DNA of 64,000 bases from NCBI RefSeq assembly GCF_001194135.2, contig NC_068984.1:131506777-131570776 (forward strand). Direction: 5' to 3'. Of the stretch, positions 11,986-22,875 are shown piece by piece. A program made the position numbers and the translations under genes. Origin of the DNA: Octopus bimaculoides (Eukaryota). Positions within the stretch are counted from its first letter, which is position 1. Every line of letters begins with the position of its first letter. The notes beneath the pieces were generated by a model. That model saw only the letters and a program-made list of their open reading frames with translations. It did not search any database and was not told the origin of the DNA.

Positions 11986-12865
11986 CGAGGGGGTACCCAA
12001 AAGAAACAGGAATTTTGCCATGTTGTTGTATTAGTTTTACATATTTACACTTTTATCGCCTTCAAAGTATTCTCCACTTGAAATAATGCATTGGTCCAGA
12101 TGCTTTTTTCTACTGTTGGAATCAATGCTGGAACTCTTGCGTAGTGATGCATTTTAATGCTTCTATCTTTTTTTTCTTCACTTCTTCCACATCTGCAAAT
12201 TCCGTAGCACCAGCTTTTGTCTCCAGTGATGACTTTTGTAAAAAGGTCCGGATCAACTTCCACCTGTTCTTTCAGTTCAAGATACGCATTCAGTTGTGAC
12301 TGCTTTTGATCTTCTGTGAGCAAGTGAGGCACAAATTTTGCTGCAACTCTTTCCATTCACAATTCTTTGCTCAAAATTCGTTGACAGGAGCTTCCAGGAC
12401 ACACCAGTCATACTAACAAGTTTGTCAATTGTTTGGTGAATGTCCTCCAAGATCAGTTCATGAATTTCCATGATGTTTCCATTCTTTCAGGAGGTTGACA
12501 GTCGACGTTGAATGAGCTTGGTCTTCAAGAGAAAAGTGACCATTCCTAAAGCATGAAAACCATTTGTAAACTTGTTTTTGCTCATGGCAGTGACCTTGTA
12601 AGCTGTTTGAAGCATGACAACTGTTTCGGCCACTGTTTTCTCCATCAGAAAACAAAATTTTACAGCAACATTCTCTTCATTTCAACCATTGCGAAAATCA
12701 ACATACAGGGTAGAAGCACTGCAAAACAAAAATGCACCACATGGCAGGACAACCACAAGTGCCACTGCCAGTCAGCAGACTAATGCCTAAGGCTTGCACC
12801 AAGCGGCTTTTAGTGGTGGGCTTGTCCCATGGAAAATGTTTCTGGTGATTATTAGGTACCCCTCA
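11986..12865 (-). mobile_element. Mariner transposon, internally deleted and decayed (family 1)
   Basis: Degenerate TIRs TA|CGAGGGGGTACC and GGTACCCCTCA|TA. Translation has RVAAKFVPHLLTEDQK (WVPH motif) and VITGDKSWCYG (first catalytic Asp), then jumps to the C-terminus. Confidence 0.9.
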
Positions 12866-13149
12866 TATATATCATCATCATCATCATTTAACATCTGTCT
12901 TCCATGCATGCATGGGTAAGACAATTGACAGGAGCCGGCCAGGTAGAAAACTACCTTGGGCTATTGTGTCTGTTTCGGCAGAGCTTTTACAACTGGATAC
13001 CCTATATCTTCAGGCCCCCAGTAGGCCTATGAACCTTGTTACATACTGGACCCATATTTTGTTTTGGTTGTGAAGGGAGTATGTTCCTATATTGATTTTG
13101 TCCCTTACAATGTGATTATCCATGACTAACTAATTCAGCTTTTGATAAA

Positions 13150-13390
13150 AAGTGTCAGTTACAGAGAACACACACGAATCCTCCCTCAAAATAACTAAGC
13201 AGACTTTCTTGCTTTCAAATAGCTTATCTTATTTTTGCATGTTGAATTCTGTTCTATCTAAATGTTTCACAAACTTCCTTGAATGAACCAAGCCATTTGA
13301 TCAGTCCAACACAATCTTGATTTCCTATTTGAAAAGTCTGAGGTTTGCCTTTATCACATCTTTATATCTCTTCTAAGGTTTATCATATCT
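13150..13390 (-). mobile_element. Decayed RTE (BovB-like) ORF 3' fragment
   Basis: Minus-strand translation KRYKDVIKANL followed by a frameshifted C-terminal RTE-like segment. Confidence 0.45.
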
Positions 13391-13439
13391 TAATATCTCT
13401 TCTAGCATATGCATATATATATATACCCATGCATGTATA

Positions 13440-14283
13440 CGAGATCTGATCAAAAAGCATCAGGACTGGTGTTATAAAAAAAAAAAAAAACTATGACACA
13501 TATCAACTCGGCATTTAATCACCTTTGAAGTAGTCCCCTTCTGAAGTCACACGCTTTACCCAGCATCGTTTTCATTGATGGAAGCATTCCTGGAACTCCT
13601 TTTGGGGATAGTAAGCAGCTGCCTCATTGCATTCTCTCGAATTTCCTTGATGTCTTGAAATTTTGTTCTTTTCAAATACAGTTTCATTGATGGAAAGCAG
13701 AAAATGTCATAAGCGGTGAAATCTGGGGAATATGGTGGTTGTTGAATCAGGGGAATGTGGGGCCAAAAACTGCTGCAACTAAAAACAGTTTTGGTACAAG
13801 AACTATAACTAATGTTCACATCCTCTGACAACTCATGCATGGTGATTTGACCATGTTTATGAGCAGCCAGTTGCATATCTGATATTTCCATTAGTTATGC
13901 TGGTTGCAGGTCTCGTAGAACATGCTTCACTGTTGATATTTTGTGACCCTTCTTGGAAATGTTTGAACCACTCATTCACTTGTGTCCAGGTCATACACTC
14001 CCCTCCATACACTTTCTGCAACTTCACATAAGTCTTTGCAGAGGCACCACCAAGCTTTTGGCAAAATTTGATGCAGATTCTCAGCTTAATTTTCTTGGTG
14101 AGATGACTACACTCTACACACTTTACTTCCAAGCTTTGCTAGAATCAATACAAGTGATCTAGAGCATTATAACTTTGTGTGCATATGTAACAGAGTTCAA
14201 GGTCAATCTGTGTCGAGTGGCTTTATTCTAAGTACTTTAGCTCTGTTACCATAGCAAGTCCCAATACTTTTGATCAGACTTCG
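13440..14283 (-). mobile_element. Mariner transposon, internally deleted and decayed (family 2)
   Basis: TIRs TA|CGAGATCTGATCAAAAAGCATCAGGACT and AGTCCCAATACTTTTGATCAGACTTCG|TA. N-terminal HTH LRICIKFCQKLG..QVNEWFKHFQEG and PPYSPDF (YSPDL motif). Confidence 0.92.
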
Positions 14284-14797
14284 TATATGCATATATATTT
14301 GCATGTGTGTGTATTTATGATGCTTCGTGTTCATCTAAAATGTTTATCTTTTTTGTCTTATATTAAACTTGCAGTTCTAAAATATTCTTTACATCTTAGC
14401 TAGTTTCTTAAACCAACAAGAACTAAGCCAACTCAATTTATTCATCGCTCTTCTACAGTCTTATTTCTCTACATCTCCATAATGCAGTAGTTTTAATTAT
14501 TCATTCATGTCTGTGATCCAACGTGTTTATCTGTCAGACACTGGTGTCAGTATTTGCTGAATACATGAGCCTGGACAGCATCTGAAATCTTTTCAAGCTG
14601 CAGTCCCCCAGTTGCTTCTCCTTCTTTAGACATTCTGCATTATTACATTTCAGCTAAAATCCTTTTTATTCATTTTATTTCTGTATTTGGTTTGCAAGAT
14701 TCTTGATGTGAATTCATATGATAAAACAAATTTTGTTGTATTCTGGGAGAGCCATAATGCCAACAATAAGCACACACACTGATTCTATTTCACTTCT

Positions 14798-14867
<70 letters not shown>

Positions 14868-15582
14868 TTCATTCATTCATTCATTCATTCATTTATTCAT
14901 TCATCTCTCCCACCCTATATAAACTAGCTCATTCAGATTCTCCAACCTCATATATTTTAATACCTCGCCACATGGAGTAGAAACCAAGAGGATGTTCAGA
15001 TAAGCAACCTTGTTTTCCAGCCTGGCACACATCTAAAACCTCTTTTGCAGCACAAATTTAAATCACTTTATTATTTCATTTCATTATCTATCTATGTAAA
15101 CACAGTTTCATCTTCCATGCCGTATGTTTAGAGAAAAAACTTAGATCCCTTCACTCAATCCAACTCTCCCTCTTTCTCCCTCTCTTTCACGCTCATTTAT
15201 TATTGTCATTTATTCATTCATTTATCTAATTTTGTTACAGTTTGGCTAACCAAAAACTGTTGGTTATAGCTCCAGTTAAGAATTCAAATGCCCGATGCTA
15301 TCTCAATATTTTCTCACAACGGCAGCCTGAGTTTTTGTTGTTTTGCAGTGTGTCCACTCTTCCCACCCCTACCACCTGTACTGGAAGTCACTGTCCTCTG
15401 ATCTCAATCGGATGTCTCTCCCATGAACATCTCCAAAGGCTAAATGTTCCCCATCCCTACTTAGGGTTTATCTCCTATGTAATGTAATGATTATGTAGTG
15501 CATAAAAAGATGGCATAGTGCATACAGGTTGAAGGCTATTATATGTTTATGAGTTCTGCCAAATGCAAGCTTTCTTTTCAGG

Positions 15583-16330
15583 TACATGATGCTGCTGTCC
15601 CCCATCCCAGGGTCTCATGGGCCCACACCTCCCACACCCTCAGAGTTGGCACACTTAATGTTGGCACACTGAAAGGTAGGTCTGGTGAGATTGTTGAGAT
15701 GCTTGAACAGAGATGTGTAGATTTGTGCTGCATCCAAGAAGTAAGGTGGAGAGGAAGTTCTGCTAGGTTCCTCACAGGCAAAGAACATAGGTATAAGATT
15801 TTCTGGGCAGGGAACACTGACGGGGTCGGGTGCATGGGTATATTCCTTGTGGAAAAATGGGTTGATAAGGTAACCGAGATAGTCAGAGTCTGTGATAGAA
15901 TACTTAAGATTAGATTAGTGCTGCAACATGCGTTAGCAACCATTATTTCAGCTTATGCCCCTCAACCAGGTCTACCTGATGAACAGACAGACTGATTTTA
16001 TAACACCCTCTTGCAGACTTCCTTGTTGATGAATGACAGGGACCTTCTCTTTGTGGCTGGCAACTTCAATGGGCATGTTGACAACGTGCAGGGGGCTTCC
16101 ATCGCATACTTGGAGGCTATGGTTTTGATTCCTGCAATGAGGAGGGAACCAGGCTGCTGGAGTTCTGCAATGAAATGATCTTATGGTTTGTAATACTAAC
16201 TTCAGGAAACCTGCCAGTCACCTATTCACCTACCGATCTAGTGGACACACTAGTCAAATTGATTACATCCTTACCAGGAAATGGGAAAGATGGCTGCTTA
16301 TAATGCCCAAACCTTCCCAGGTGAAGAATG
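15583..16330 (+). mobile_element. RTE LINE 5' part, apurinic endonuclease domain, disrupted
   Basis: Translation LRVGTLNVGTL, DLCCIQEVRW, IISAYAPQ, FVAGNFNGHV, FTYRSSGHTSQIDYIL shows the typical APE motifs, with stops and frameshifts. The element may extend upstream to ~15300. Confidence 0.92.
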
Positions 16331-16625
16331 CATTATCATTTTCGATGATGCCTTTGGGTTTGTGGTCATACCAATTTTTTGCTCTGTCAAGTCCATACTT
16401 GTTGCAAAGTGTCCAATGAACAAGCTCTGCTATATTGTTGTGGCATCTCTTATATTCCTTCTGGGCTAGTGGCGTACATTGGCTGGTAATATGTCATACG
16501 GTTTCACCATTTTGTCCATAAATTCTGCACTTACCACTTTCTGATGTGTTGACTATTCTGTATTTTATGTAATTTGTTCTTAGTGCTTGCTCTTGGGCAG
16601 CACAGATTAGAGCCTCCGTTTCCAG

Positions 16626-16626
<1 letters not shown>
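16331..16626 (-). mobile_element. R4/Dong-clade LINE fragment (CCHC zinc-knuckle region)
   Basis: Translation KLETEALICAAQEQALRTNYIKY..KCRIYGQNGETV*HITSQCTPLAQKEYKRCHNNIAELVHWTLCNKYGL..WYDHKPKGIIEND. Confidence 0.85.
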
Positions 16627-16660
<34 letters not shown>

Positions 16661-16661
<1 letters not shown>

Positions 16662-16950
16662 TTTTCTTTTTATCTCAAGTTCTGTTTTAACTCCTGGAGT
16701 CTTGCATGCATAGTGGGTAGCCTGTGGTACTATGCTATCTGTTCTTTTCAACTACTTAATATTTTCCTGATTATTCTGGCCATGCGAAGGAGGTAAACCT
16801 TTTGTAACAGTTCTCCTGGGCACTCTATTCCAATTTCCTTATATTCCTCTTGATGCTTTCCGATACTGTCCTCAAGGACCCAACATCAATTGGCACTATC
16901 TTCACCTTCTTCACTTTTCATAGCCAGGCAATTTCATACTTAAGAGGATA
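16661..16950 (-). mobile_element. R4/Dong-clade LINE 3' end (restriction-like endonuclease C-terminus plus 3' UTR)
   Basis: Translation LKYEIAWL*KVKKVKIVPIDVGSLRTVS resembles the R4 motif LKYEI..LW....V.IVPIVIGALG. Flanked by (TAA)n on both sides. Confidence 0.75.
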
Positions 16951-17481
16951 GTGCATATTATTATTATTATTATTAATTATTAATTATTATTATTATTATT
17001 GATATTATTATTGTTATTATTATATTTTTATTAGTCAATTGGTTAAACATTCAACCAGTTAATTAATCAATTGTTTGATTAAACATTCAGTCAATCAATC
17101 AATTGGATTTGTCAAAGTTCTTTCATTGCTATTCACAAATTCATCAATAACATGCCCTTTCAGCTCTAAATTTGCTTCAGATTAGACAAACAAAGCTGAT
17201 TGATTTACTGACTGAACAATTAATCAAACAAACGATTAGCTAATTGGTTAAATGATTAACCAAGAAACTAATAATAATAAGAGAAGCGAAATAGAACCAG
17301 CTCAAGTGTTTATTATTGGTATAATGATCCTCCCAAGATACAACAAAACATCTTCATTTACACAGTATTTTCATGCATTTTCTTATGAATATTCAGGAAA
17401 TTTATTAGGATTTTCAAATTAGAGATTGAACTAGCACTATTCTAGAGAACAACTCAAGCAGACTTTGAGTGAATGTGTCTG

Positions 17482-17656
17482 CTTCTTGGTAAACATACCT
17501 ATAACTGTTCAAGAGAATGCACCTATCACTGTACCAGGGAATAAATCTGGCACTGTCATAGAGAACAAACCTATAACTATTATAAAGAACAATTGTATCA
17601 CTGTTACAGAGAACAAGCTTATCAGTGTTATAAAAACAGACCTAGCACTGTTGCAA
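17482..17656. repeat. Degenerate 24-bp minisatellite, about 7 units
   Basis: Units such as ACCTATAACTGTTCAAGAGAATGC, ACCTATCACTGTACCAGGGAATAA and ACCTATAACTATTATAAAGAACAA. Confidence 0.8.
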
Positions 17657-17675
17657 ATTATGCAGTAATTTACTC

Positions 17676-17716
17676 AACCCTAACCCTAACCCTAACCCTA
17701 ACCCTAACCCTAACCC
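17676..17716 (-). repeat. Interstitial telomeric repeat (TTAGGG)~7
   Basis: AACCC(TAACCC)6 read directly. Confidence 0.9.
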
Positions 17717-17734
17717 TTTCTTTGATAGGCACAG

Positions 17735-17852
17735 GCATGGCTATGAGGTTAAGAAGCTTACTTTGCATTCACATGGTTTGGGTTCAATCCCTCTGCACAG
17801 TTGACCAATGCCTTATGAATGAATTTGCTAGATAGAAACTGTGGAAGTTTGT

Positions 17853-17890
<38 letters not shown>

Positions 17891-18230
17891 GTATTTCTTA
17901 ATTGCTTATTTATTCTAACAACTGCAATTATGTTTGAATTATAAATTACATGCTCTAAAGTGACACCACATGTTTTGCTTATTCATTCTTTCTTTCTAAT
18001 TTGTGTGTGTGTGTGTGTGTGTGTGTGTCCCGTATCTTCACTTGACAACTGGTGTTGGTTTGTTTACATCCCTATAACACAGTAAAAAAAAAAACACCAG
18101 TAGATAAGCACCAGAGTTGAAAAAAAAATAAGTACAAGGATCAATTAATTCAACTTAAACCCTTCAAAGTGATACTCCAGAATGGCCACAGTCCAATGAC
18201 TGAAACATGTAAAAGATTTAAAAGATAGGC
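17735..18230 (+). mobile_element. CORE-type SINE, diverged
   Basis: Head, internal (TA)n/(GT)n and tail variant 1 align with 1918-2320. Confidence 0.7.
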
Positions 18231-19186
18231 GGCAAACAATCAAAATAACTAACTAACTGTATAACATCAACTTGTAAATATAGCCTTAAAATCAATAGAT
18301 CCATTTACCATAACTTATCTTTGCAAATCTGAATTTTTCTACTCTGCTACATAACAAAAAACATAAGACAAAGAAGAGAATGGAATCAAGCTTCATTTAT
18401 CATATGAGATAGATATTCACATATTCTAAACCAAATATTGAGAAATTAGCAAAACTAGTGAAAAATAGGCAACAACAAAAGAGTCACAAATAATGTTGTT
18501 CGCTTTTAATGTCCTCCATATTTGTAGTTAACTGTGTGATGTCAGAGATTTTCATGAAGATGGTGCAGTTATTTGGCAATAAATGTTTTTCATCTTTTTT
18601 TATCTCTTGCTTTTATTTTTATCTTTTACTTGTTTTATTCACTACATTCATCTCTAACCATCCAGTACTCACATTCTTATAAACACCACCCCACCCCACC
18701 TCCAGATCCACTACCCATATTAGCACTTGCTTCTTGAGGGTTTTGCTCTTCACACCCCATCACCACCATCTCACATTTACCCAGATACTTCCATCCCCCC
18801 TTATATAAATGCAGGGTAGTCATGCATTTTCTCTATAGAAAGATACCTCTAACTCTTTGTCCCTATTTGTTCCTGGGATAAAAATCACCTCTCCACCCTC
18901 TCAAATATTATTCCTCTTAATCGAGAGGGATTTTCTCTTTTCCTTTTCCATGTTCTTTTCTGTCTTGTAAGTTACTAGCCGACATCACTGGCATCAGAAG
19001 CAAGTATAAGTACCCAGTACACACTATAAAGTGGATTCTGTTAAGAAGGGCATCCAACCATAGAAATCATGCCAAAGCCCATGGGGAAGCTGATGTGGAG
19101 CATGATGCAGCCCTGTGGCTTGCCATATCCTGTTCTACTGTAGGCACAAGGCCCGAAATTTTGGGGGAGGTGGCCACTCGATTAGG

Positions 19187-19500
19187 AGAACACACTAAAT
19201 ACTGTAGTCCTTGATACACTGAGATGAAAAATAGATGAGATGTTTATGGGCAAACATACTAAATAGTGTACTCCTATGTACACTAGGTCTGAAAGTAGAT
19301 GAGATGCACATAGAACACACTAAATGGTGTAGTCCTTGATACACAAGGCCTGAGAGAAAGATGACATGCCCATATCAGAAAACTAAATAGTGTAGTCCTC
19401 AATACACTAGATCTGGAAAAAGATGAGATGTTCATTGGAGAACATACTGGATAGTGTAGTCCTTGGTACACTAGGTCTGAAAAAAGATGATACATTGTAG
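19187..19500. repeat. Degenerate ~62-bp minisatellite, about 5 units
   Basis: Recurring ACTAAATAGTGTAGTCCTTGATACACTAGGTCTGAAAAAAGATGAGATG. Confidence 0.85.
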
Positions 19501-20036
19501 GTCTATGATGTAAGGGCTGATTTGAATTAGACAAAAACAACAACAACAACAACATCAAGTGGCAACAGTGAAAAAGAAAGAGCTGTGCCTATGAAAAGAA
19601 GAGTAAATTGAATGCATGGAATCTATTCATAAATTAAAATACTGAAATAAATGCATTGTGTTTGGTATCGCATGAACATTAGTTTGTTAATGTATCGTTA
19701 ACATCAACAATCACTCGTCAAAGTAAAGTCTAATTCATATGATTGAAATTGTAAAGCGTTTTTGTGAAAAATCATTAAATAGTTTACAATATACAAACTA
19801 AGAGTAACAATAGACTTTAGAGTTGTACTTGTTTTACAAATGATTTGATCCGAGATAATGTGTTGTGTGTTGCATCGTGAGACAATTATGTCGTGGTAAA
19901 GTACATTTTAGCCTTTTAAGAATAACATAAAAATTGTTATATTCAGGGTTTTATATATTTCATACACACACACACATACATACATATTTATATATATGTA
20001 TTTTGTTTCTGAATAGTGTAATCTTTTATGTCAGAG

Positions 20037-20145
20037 AGTTTCATTGCACTTCTGCAACCTGGTGACTGACACAATTCCATTACCACAGTTCCATAGATGC
20101 AATAGAATTGTGTCACTGAGCAGATCACAGAAGTACGATAGAACT
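20037..20145 (-). ncRNA. Candidate structured RNA hairpin (pre-miRNA-like or ADAR substrate)
   Basis: Ungapped 47-bp inverted arms (20037-20083, 20099-20145) and a 15-nt loop. 35/47 Watson-Crick pairs, rising to 42/47 with G:U on the minus strand versus 37/47 on plus. Confidence 0.5.
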
Positions 20146-20936
20146 TTTATACCTCATAGACAGTATTATTAAGAACTAACTGAAAGGAGAATGTAACAGT
20201 GTTTTCTTATAACAATGCTTTTTTTAAATGACTACAATGACTTTTCCACAATGTAATTCACAATAAATTCATTCTACTCCAAATGTACAGGAATAACAGG
20301 AAAGTATCAATAACAACTTTATATTTGTACTTGTTTGGCAAGTTACTTTGCTCTGAGATCATGTGTTGTGATTGGAATAATTAGAACAAGGAAATGCCCT
20401 TTTAACCATCAAAAAACTGAGGTAGCCATATGTCTCCCTTTAGCAATACATCTGTTCCTGTCCCTCTCTCATACTTTAGCTGTTTATCACTTAACATAAA
20501 AACCATCTTTCTCAGAACTACTCCCCACTCAATTAAGAGGGTCTTGTCTTGTAAGTCATTTTGGTGACCTCACTAGTACCAGTGCCACATAAAAACCACC
20601 CAGTACACTCTGTGAAGTGGTTGGCATTAGGAAGGGCATCCAGCTTTAGAAAACCATGTCAAAGCAGACATTGAAGTATGGTGTAGTCCTCTTGCTCATT
20701 AGCTCCTGCTGAACCAATCAACCCATGCCAGCATGAAAAACAGTCATTGACTCCTTCAGTCACATAAAAAAGTAAAACTATTTTTTAATTTTCATTTTCT
20801 ATTTATTCTAAAAGACAGGTAAATAACACATATTGAGTAAATTTTTAAAGAATTCAATATTCAATATGCTTAATTTTTGTCATGGATAAATAAAAATTCT
20901 GCTAACACTAGGTAAAAATAATCCCAGTTTACTTAC

Positions 20937-20967
20937 ATCTGTAAGATTTACGAGAAGACACAGCCAT
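20937..20967 (-). CDS. Candidate first coding exon (MAVSSRKSYR plus 1 nt), gene unknown
   Basis: ATG in strong context GAGGATGG, consensus donor T|GTAAGT at 20936, 25 nt downstream of a putative initiator. Confidence 0.4.
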
Positions 20968-20987
20968 CCTCTATGGCTTGTGAGCAA

Positions 20988-21070
20988 ACACTGAGTCAGA
21001 ATCACATGGTCTTGGTTATATATATGCGTTTTAGGGGTGTCCAATGAATTGGTAACTGTGACTCAATTAT
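20988..21070 (-). promoter_or_regulatory. Candidate Pol II core promoter (TATA plus Inr) with AP-1-like sites
   Basis: TATATAA starts at 21022, 30 nt upstream of the A in TCAGTG (20992). TGACTCA overlaps the Inr and TGAGTCA lies near 21060. Confidence 0.45.
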
Positions 21071-21142
21071 AATTTATATTTCTTTTGTAATTTATGTGGA
21101 AAAATTGCCCAGTACGTTGGACAAAGTGACTGAAGGGATTAA

Positions 21143-21193
<51 letters not shown>

Positions 21194-22679
21194 AAAAACA
21201 CACAAAAACTGTTAGATTCACTTTACAGTTATTTAGGGAGATAATCAAATTTTTGTCCCCCTATTGCCATCTGGTCACTAATACAGTTCACAATTTACTC
21301 ATCTGGTTGCTATGAGTAGTGTAGGGCAGGAGGAAACTCCTTAAACAAGCTTTCACAATCATTATGTAGTTTTAGCTTCAAACAAACCTTCAAACAATAC
21401 ACTTAGCAAGTAAACCTCTAACAATTTAAAAAACATAACTGCCAACACCATAACACTCTATTTTCTGTTCCCTAAAAATGTAAAACCATTTAATGTCTCA
21501 GACAAAAAGAAATCAATGTTTTATTCTCATCTAAGGTGATGAGTCAAAAGTTGTGGTTTAACCCTTTTATCCGGCAGATTTATGAGGAAGATATTCCACT
21601 TGTAACCATCTTGTCTCTATTTTTCAGATTTATCTAAGCTTGTATTATCTAAGGTGTCCTTCTATTTTAAAGATAACAAAATGTGGTTTGCAGAAGATTT
21701 GACTGTAATTTCTTGCAAATCAAGTGACCTCATACAGACTCTGTCATTGGCCCATAAATAAGAAGTTGGGAGTTATCCTATCATGGATACTCTATCATGG
21801 ACATTCCATGCTGTCTGTTGCCAAGAAGCTAAACTTCCAATAGCCAAATCCACATATCATAAAGCAGAAAGTATGGGGGAAATATCTAACTGCTGCAAGC
21901 AGTTAGATATTTCCCTCATATGTGTAGTCATACATCCATCCCCTGGTCATTTAGACCTGCATGGTTCTTCCAAGAGTGCTTTTCACTGAGTGTCCAAAGC
22001 AGCTGATACATTCACTGTGAAAAAATTAGAAGACCTGCCCAAGGAGCTATGCTTTGGGACTGAACCAGAAACTTCATAGTTGCAAAGCAAGCTTCTTAAC
22101 CACACAGCCATGCCTGCCTCAACCACAGGCATTCTTAATGACCTTGTGAAAGGCATGAACATTGCACAATCTCATTGCTCCATTTTAAAAATATTCACAG
22201 ATTGCTGTTTAGCTCTCGGTCAGCCTTGATCTATTGATCAGACACTATGATGAAAGACAATCCTAATTATGACCATCTGGGCTTATTCTGACATAGTTTC
22301 TAAGTAGGATATTTCACCATCAAATGTGTCATTCCTTTTAATGAGAGTAGAAAGTAATTCGAGATTTAGTGGCTAGTTCTAATAGGTTGAACAACCAGAT
22401 AAAGGATCATTCACTGGTAAAAAAATCTAAGGCTTTGTGTTTAAGAAATTTATAGTTTATCATTGGGTGAAGCATGGTTGAGTAAACCAGAATGATTGTA
22501 TCATTTGTTGTAGCACATCTTTCTTATTTATTCCCTTACACACACAAAGTATTCAGCTCTGAAGTAAGTATGTTGTCTATTTATCAAGTGGTGCCACTGA
22601 GGTAATTTAGTCATGTTACACTGCAAAAGCAAGAATTGTTTGTCCCTTTATTTAGAAACATCTAAGCAAATACAATGAT

Positions 22680-22875
22680 TTCAAATTTTTGCCACAAGGG
22701 CAGCTTGGGGGAAGGGATTAAGTCAATTACATCAACCCCAGTGTTTCACAGGTACTTAATTTATCGACCCTGAAAGGATGAAAGGCAAAGTCGACCTCAA
22801 TGGAATTTGAACTCAGAACGTATTGAAGGACAAAATGCCACTAAGCATTTCAACCGGTGTGCTAACGAATCTGCT
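22680..22875 (-). mobile_element. Nin/Deu-domain-type SINE
   Basis: Reverse-complement match GGTACTTAATTTATCGACCC..GGATGAAAGGCAAAGTCGAC..ATTTGAACTCAGAAC. Confidence 0.75.

Noticed and set aside
14520-14660. Protein-like minus-strand reading MSKEGEATGGLQLEKISDAVQAHVFSKY
   Set aside because: The acceptor has no polypyrimidine tract, two frames are comparably open, and no homology is recognised.
18310-18347. Minus-strand exon-like segment with a good acceptor and GTAAAT donor
   Set aside because: It gives a stop in phase 1, so it cannot follow the candidate first exon directly, and it is too short to judge alone.
19187-19500. CRISPR-like array
   Set aside because: There are no unique spacers, the whole unit is repeated and degenerate, the context is eukaryotic, and no cas genes are present.
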